Both the position numbers and the translations under genes were made by a program. Below, in pieces: positions 62,191 to 64,000 of a stretch of 64,000 nt of DNA. The DNA is taken from contig MU053513.1 in the NCBI GenBank assembly GCA_013239625.1, positions 3,702,303 to 3,766,302 on the forward strand. The letters are read 5' to 3'. This stretch comes from Lama guanicoe. Lineage: Eukaryota. The notes under the pieces were generated by a model that was given only the letters and a program-made list of their open reading frames with translations, ran no database searches and was not told where the DNA came from. Positions within the stretch are counted from its first letter, which is position 1. Each line of letters starts with the position of its first letter.

Positions 62191-64000
62191 TAATGGTGTA
62201 TTTTCTTGACTGAGGACTTTTGGTGCCCTGATCATTCAACTTTACCCAGCAGGCAGCTTACATGAACCTCTCTGAGAAGCTCGTGAAGAGAATCCATCAT
62301 AGCAGTGGGGTCCTCCTCCCATCCCCACACCCAGGCCAGAGTCAATGTCTTCAGAATATGGGTGAATCTCACTCCTTCCCTGGACTTCATTATAAATCCC
62401 ACAATTTATTTTAAACTCTGGCATTAAATCAAGTGTGTGAAGTTGGTAAATTGGATGGCATTTCTACAGTCTCTTAACCTTTACTTGTTCTCTACGTAAT
62501 TTTGAAAACTGAATAACATTTAAATTTAATATTGCACAACTGGGCAATTGTAGCCTTCAAAATTAAGGCCATGAACCTGCACTTTATATATCTGGGTGGT
62601 AGCTTCTCTTTGCAAATGCTGTTCCGTGAGTTTGTAGGACCATGAAAAGACTTCTTGCATTCTCTTCCCTACACTGGGTTTCTAGGCAGGAAGCCTTGAA
62701 TGAACTGCAGGTTTTAGGTCTGTCCTGAAGACTGACTGTCTCAGCCTCCATGAGGGTTCCTGTTTTCCTGAGGCAGGACAAAATGGTTACACCACCAATC
62801 TTAAATAAAATCAGCAAGAAGAAATCATCCTTAAAATAGCAAGTATTCCTTTCATTTTGGTAGGTCCTGATTTGCTTTTGGTGGCCATAAAAGAGAGAAG
62901 TGGCTAGAAATTATTTTATGCCATATCATTTAAATAATCACAGTGTTAATTTCAACTCACCAGGTAAGCTGATGAATAGGCAAATCATTCTGCCAGCTGT
63001 ATCATGAAACCTGAAATAACACTGTGCTTTTGGTAGGTAGGGGTCAAGAGAAATCAGACTAGTAAAAGATTTTAGGAATAGTACATAGGTTATGTTCTCT
63101 TCCGTATGGTTTGCTCAGAACATCAGGTATTTTCAGATTGCTAATTTAGTATTTATATGGAAGAAAGAAATAGAGAGTATCTGAGCAAAAAATATGTTTC
63201 TCAGCTTATACAAAAAGTAGATATTAAGAGAAAGGAACAAAAAATCTGGTACAAAATATATCAAACTTGATGTTCCTGTGTTTTACTAATTTATTACTTT
63301 TAAATTATTTCTTGAATTTTTGAAGTTAACTTTTTTTGAAAAACAAACTCGCTTTGCTTTTGCCGCTATTCAGAACTTGTTTTTAAAATAATTTTGGTTT
63401 GCTCCCGGCATAATTTGTTGTCCTTGATGTTGCTGTTTTGCATATGTTAGTTAGTCTTGGGCATATAAATTGCTCTTGAACTGTTCTTGCTAAGTGTGGG
63501 CCATTATGAAATAGTCAGTCTCAAACGGTACTTAGTGGAACCTAAAAGCAGAAAATAAACCACAAGCAGGGAGGACCCTTGACGGGCCTTGATTGCCTCA
63601 GAGCGCAATGCCTGCAGTGTGTGTGCCTGCACTGGTACAAGGGGTGCAAACATGTGTGTCAGGAAGGTGGTAGGGGGTGTGTGCCCAGCACACAGCAGAG
63701 TACGTGAGTAACGCTCGTGTTTAGCTACTATCTTAGAAGTACAAAAATAGTCTTTCTCCATCTCCTTCTAAGACCCTTATTCAGAAGCCAAAATTACCTT
63801 AATGTTAAAAACAGAAATAAGAGCTGATAAAAAAATGTTTCCCATTATGTTCTGCTATATATCCCCAAACCACTGAACACCCTCATTAGGTTTATAACAT
63901 GGTGACACCGGACGGAAGAACTCTACTGATGCAATCTTCAAAGGGAAGACTCACAACAATGGCAGTGCAAGCTATCTGGCTGCCATTTGTTCCCCAGCCA

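Noticed and set aside
1303..63761. Most ORFs in the six-frame track as independent genes
   Set aside because: They are short, often start at non-ATG codons and lack recognisable domains. Those with real homology are either SLC44A5 exon overlaps (28341, 29506, 38930, 48701) or broken L1 ORF1/ORF2 pieces.

Overview
This is mammalian genomic DNA, AT-rich and repeat-dense. The tRNA-derived SINE and young L1 3' ends suggest a camelid, which is an inference. The + strand carries the 3' two-thirds of SLC44A5 (choline transporter-like protein 5). I traced 17 shared coding exons by hand (7316-42540), all with AG/GT boundaries and a continuous reading frame. Two paralogous alternative last exons follow (45643-45755 and 48795-48901), each with its own 3' UTR and AATAAA. 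The first exons of the gene lie upstream of the window. One intron (28490-28922) is a U12-type minor-spliceosome intron. The proximal last exon sits behind a ~150-nt AG-free zone that holds a distant branch point and a dense YGCY cluster. The rest is interspersed repeat: a near full-length antisense L1 nested in an older L1 (31.4-38.1 kb), a mosaic L1 complex (52.9-61.4 kb), short young L1 tails with TSDs, SINEs, MaLR LTRs, L2, MIR, CR1 and hAT fragments. I found no wholly new biological system. The best leads are splicing and 3'-end regulation of SLC44A5 and several retrotransposition or repair scars. Almost all ORFs in the supplied track are spurious or decayed L1 fragments. Repeat subfamily names come from recalled consensus sequences and need RepeatMasker/Dfam confirmation.
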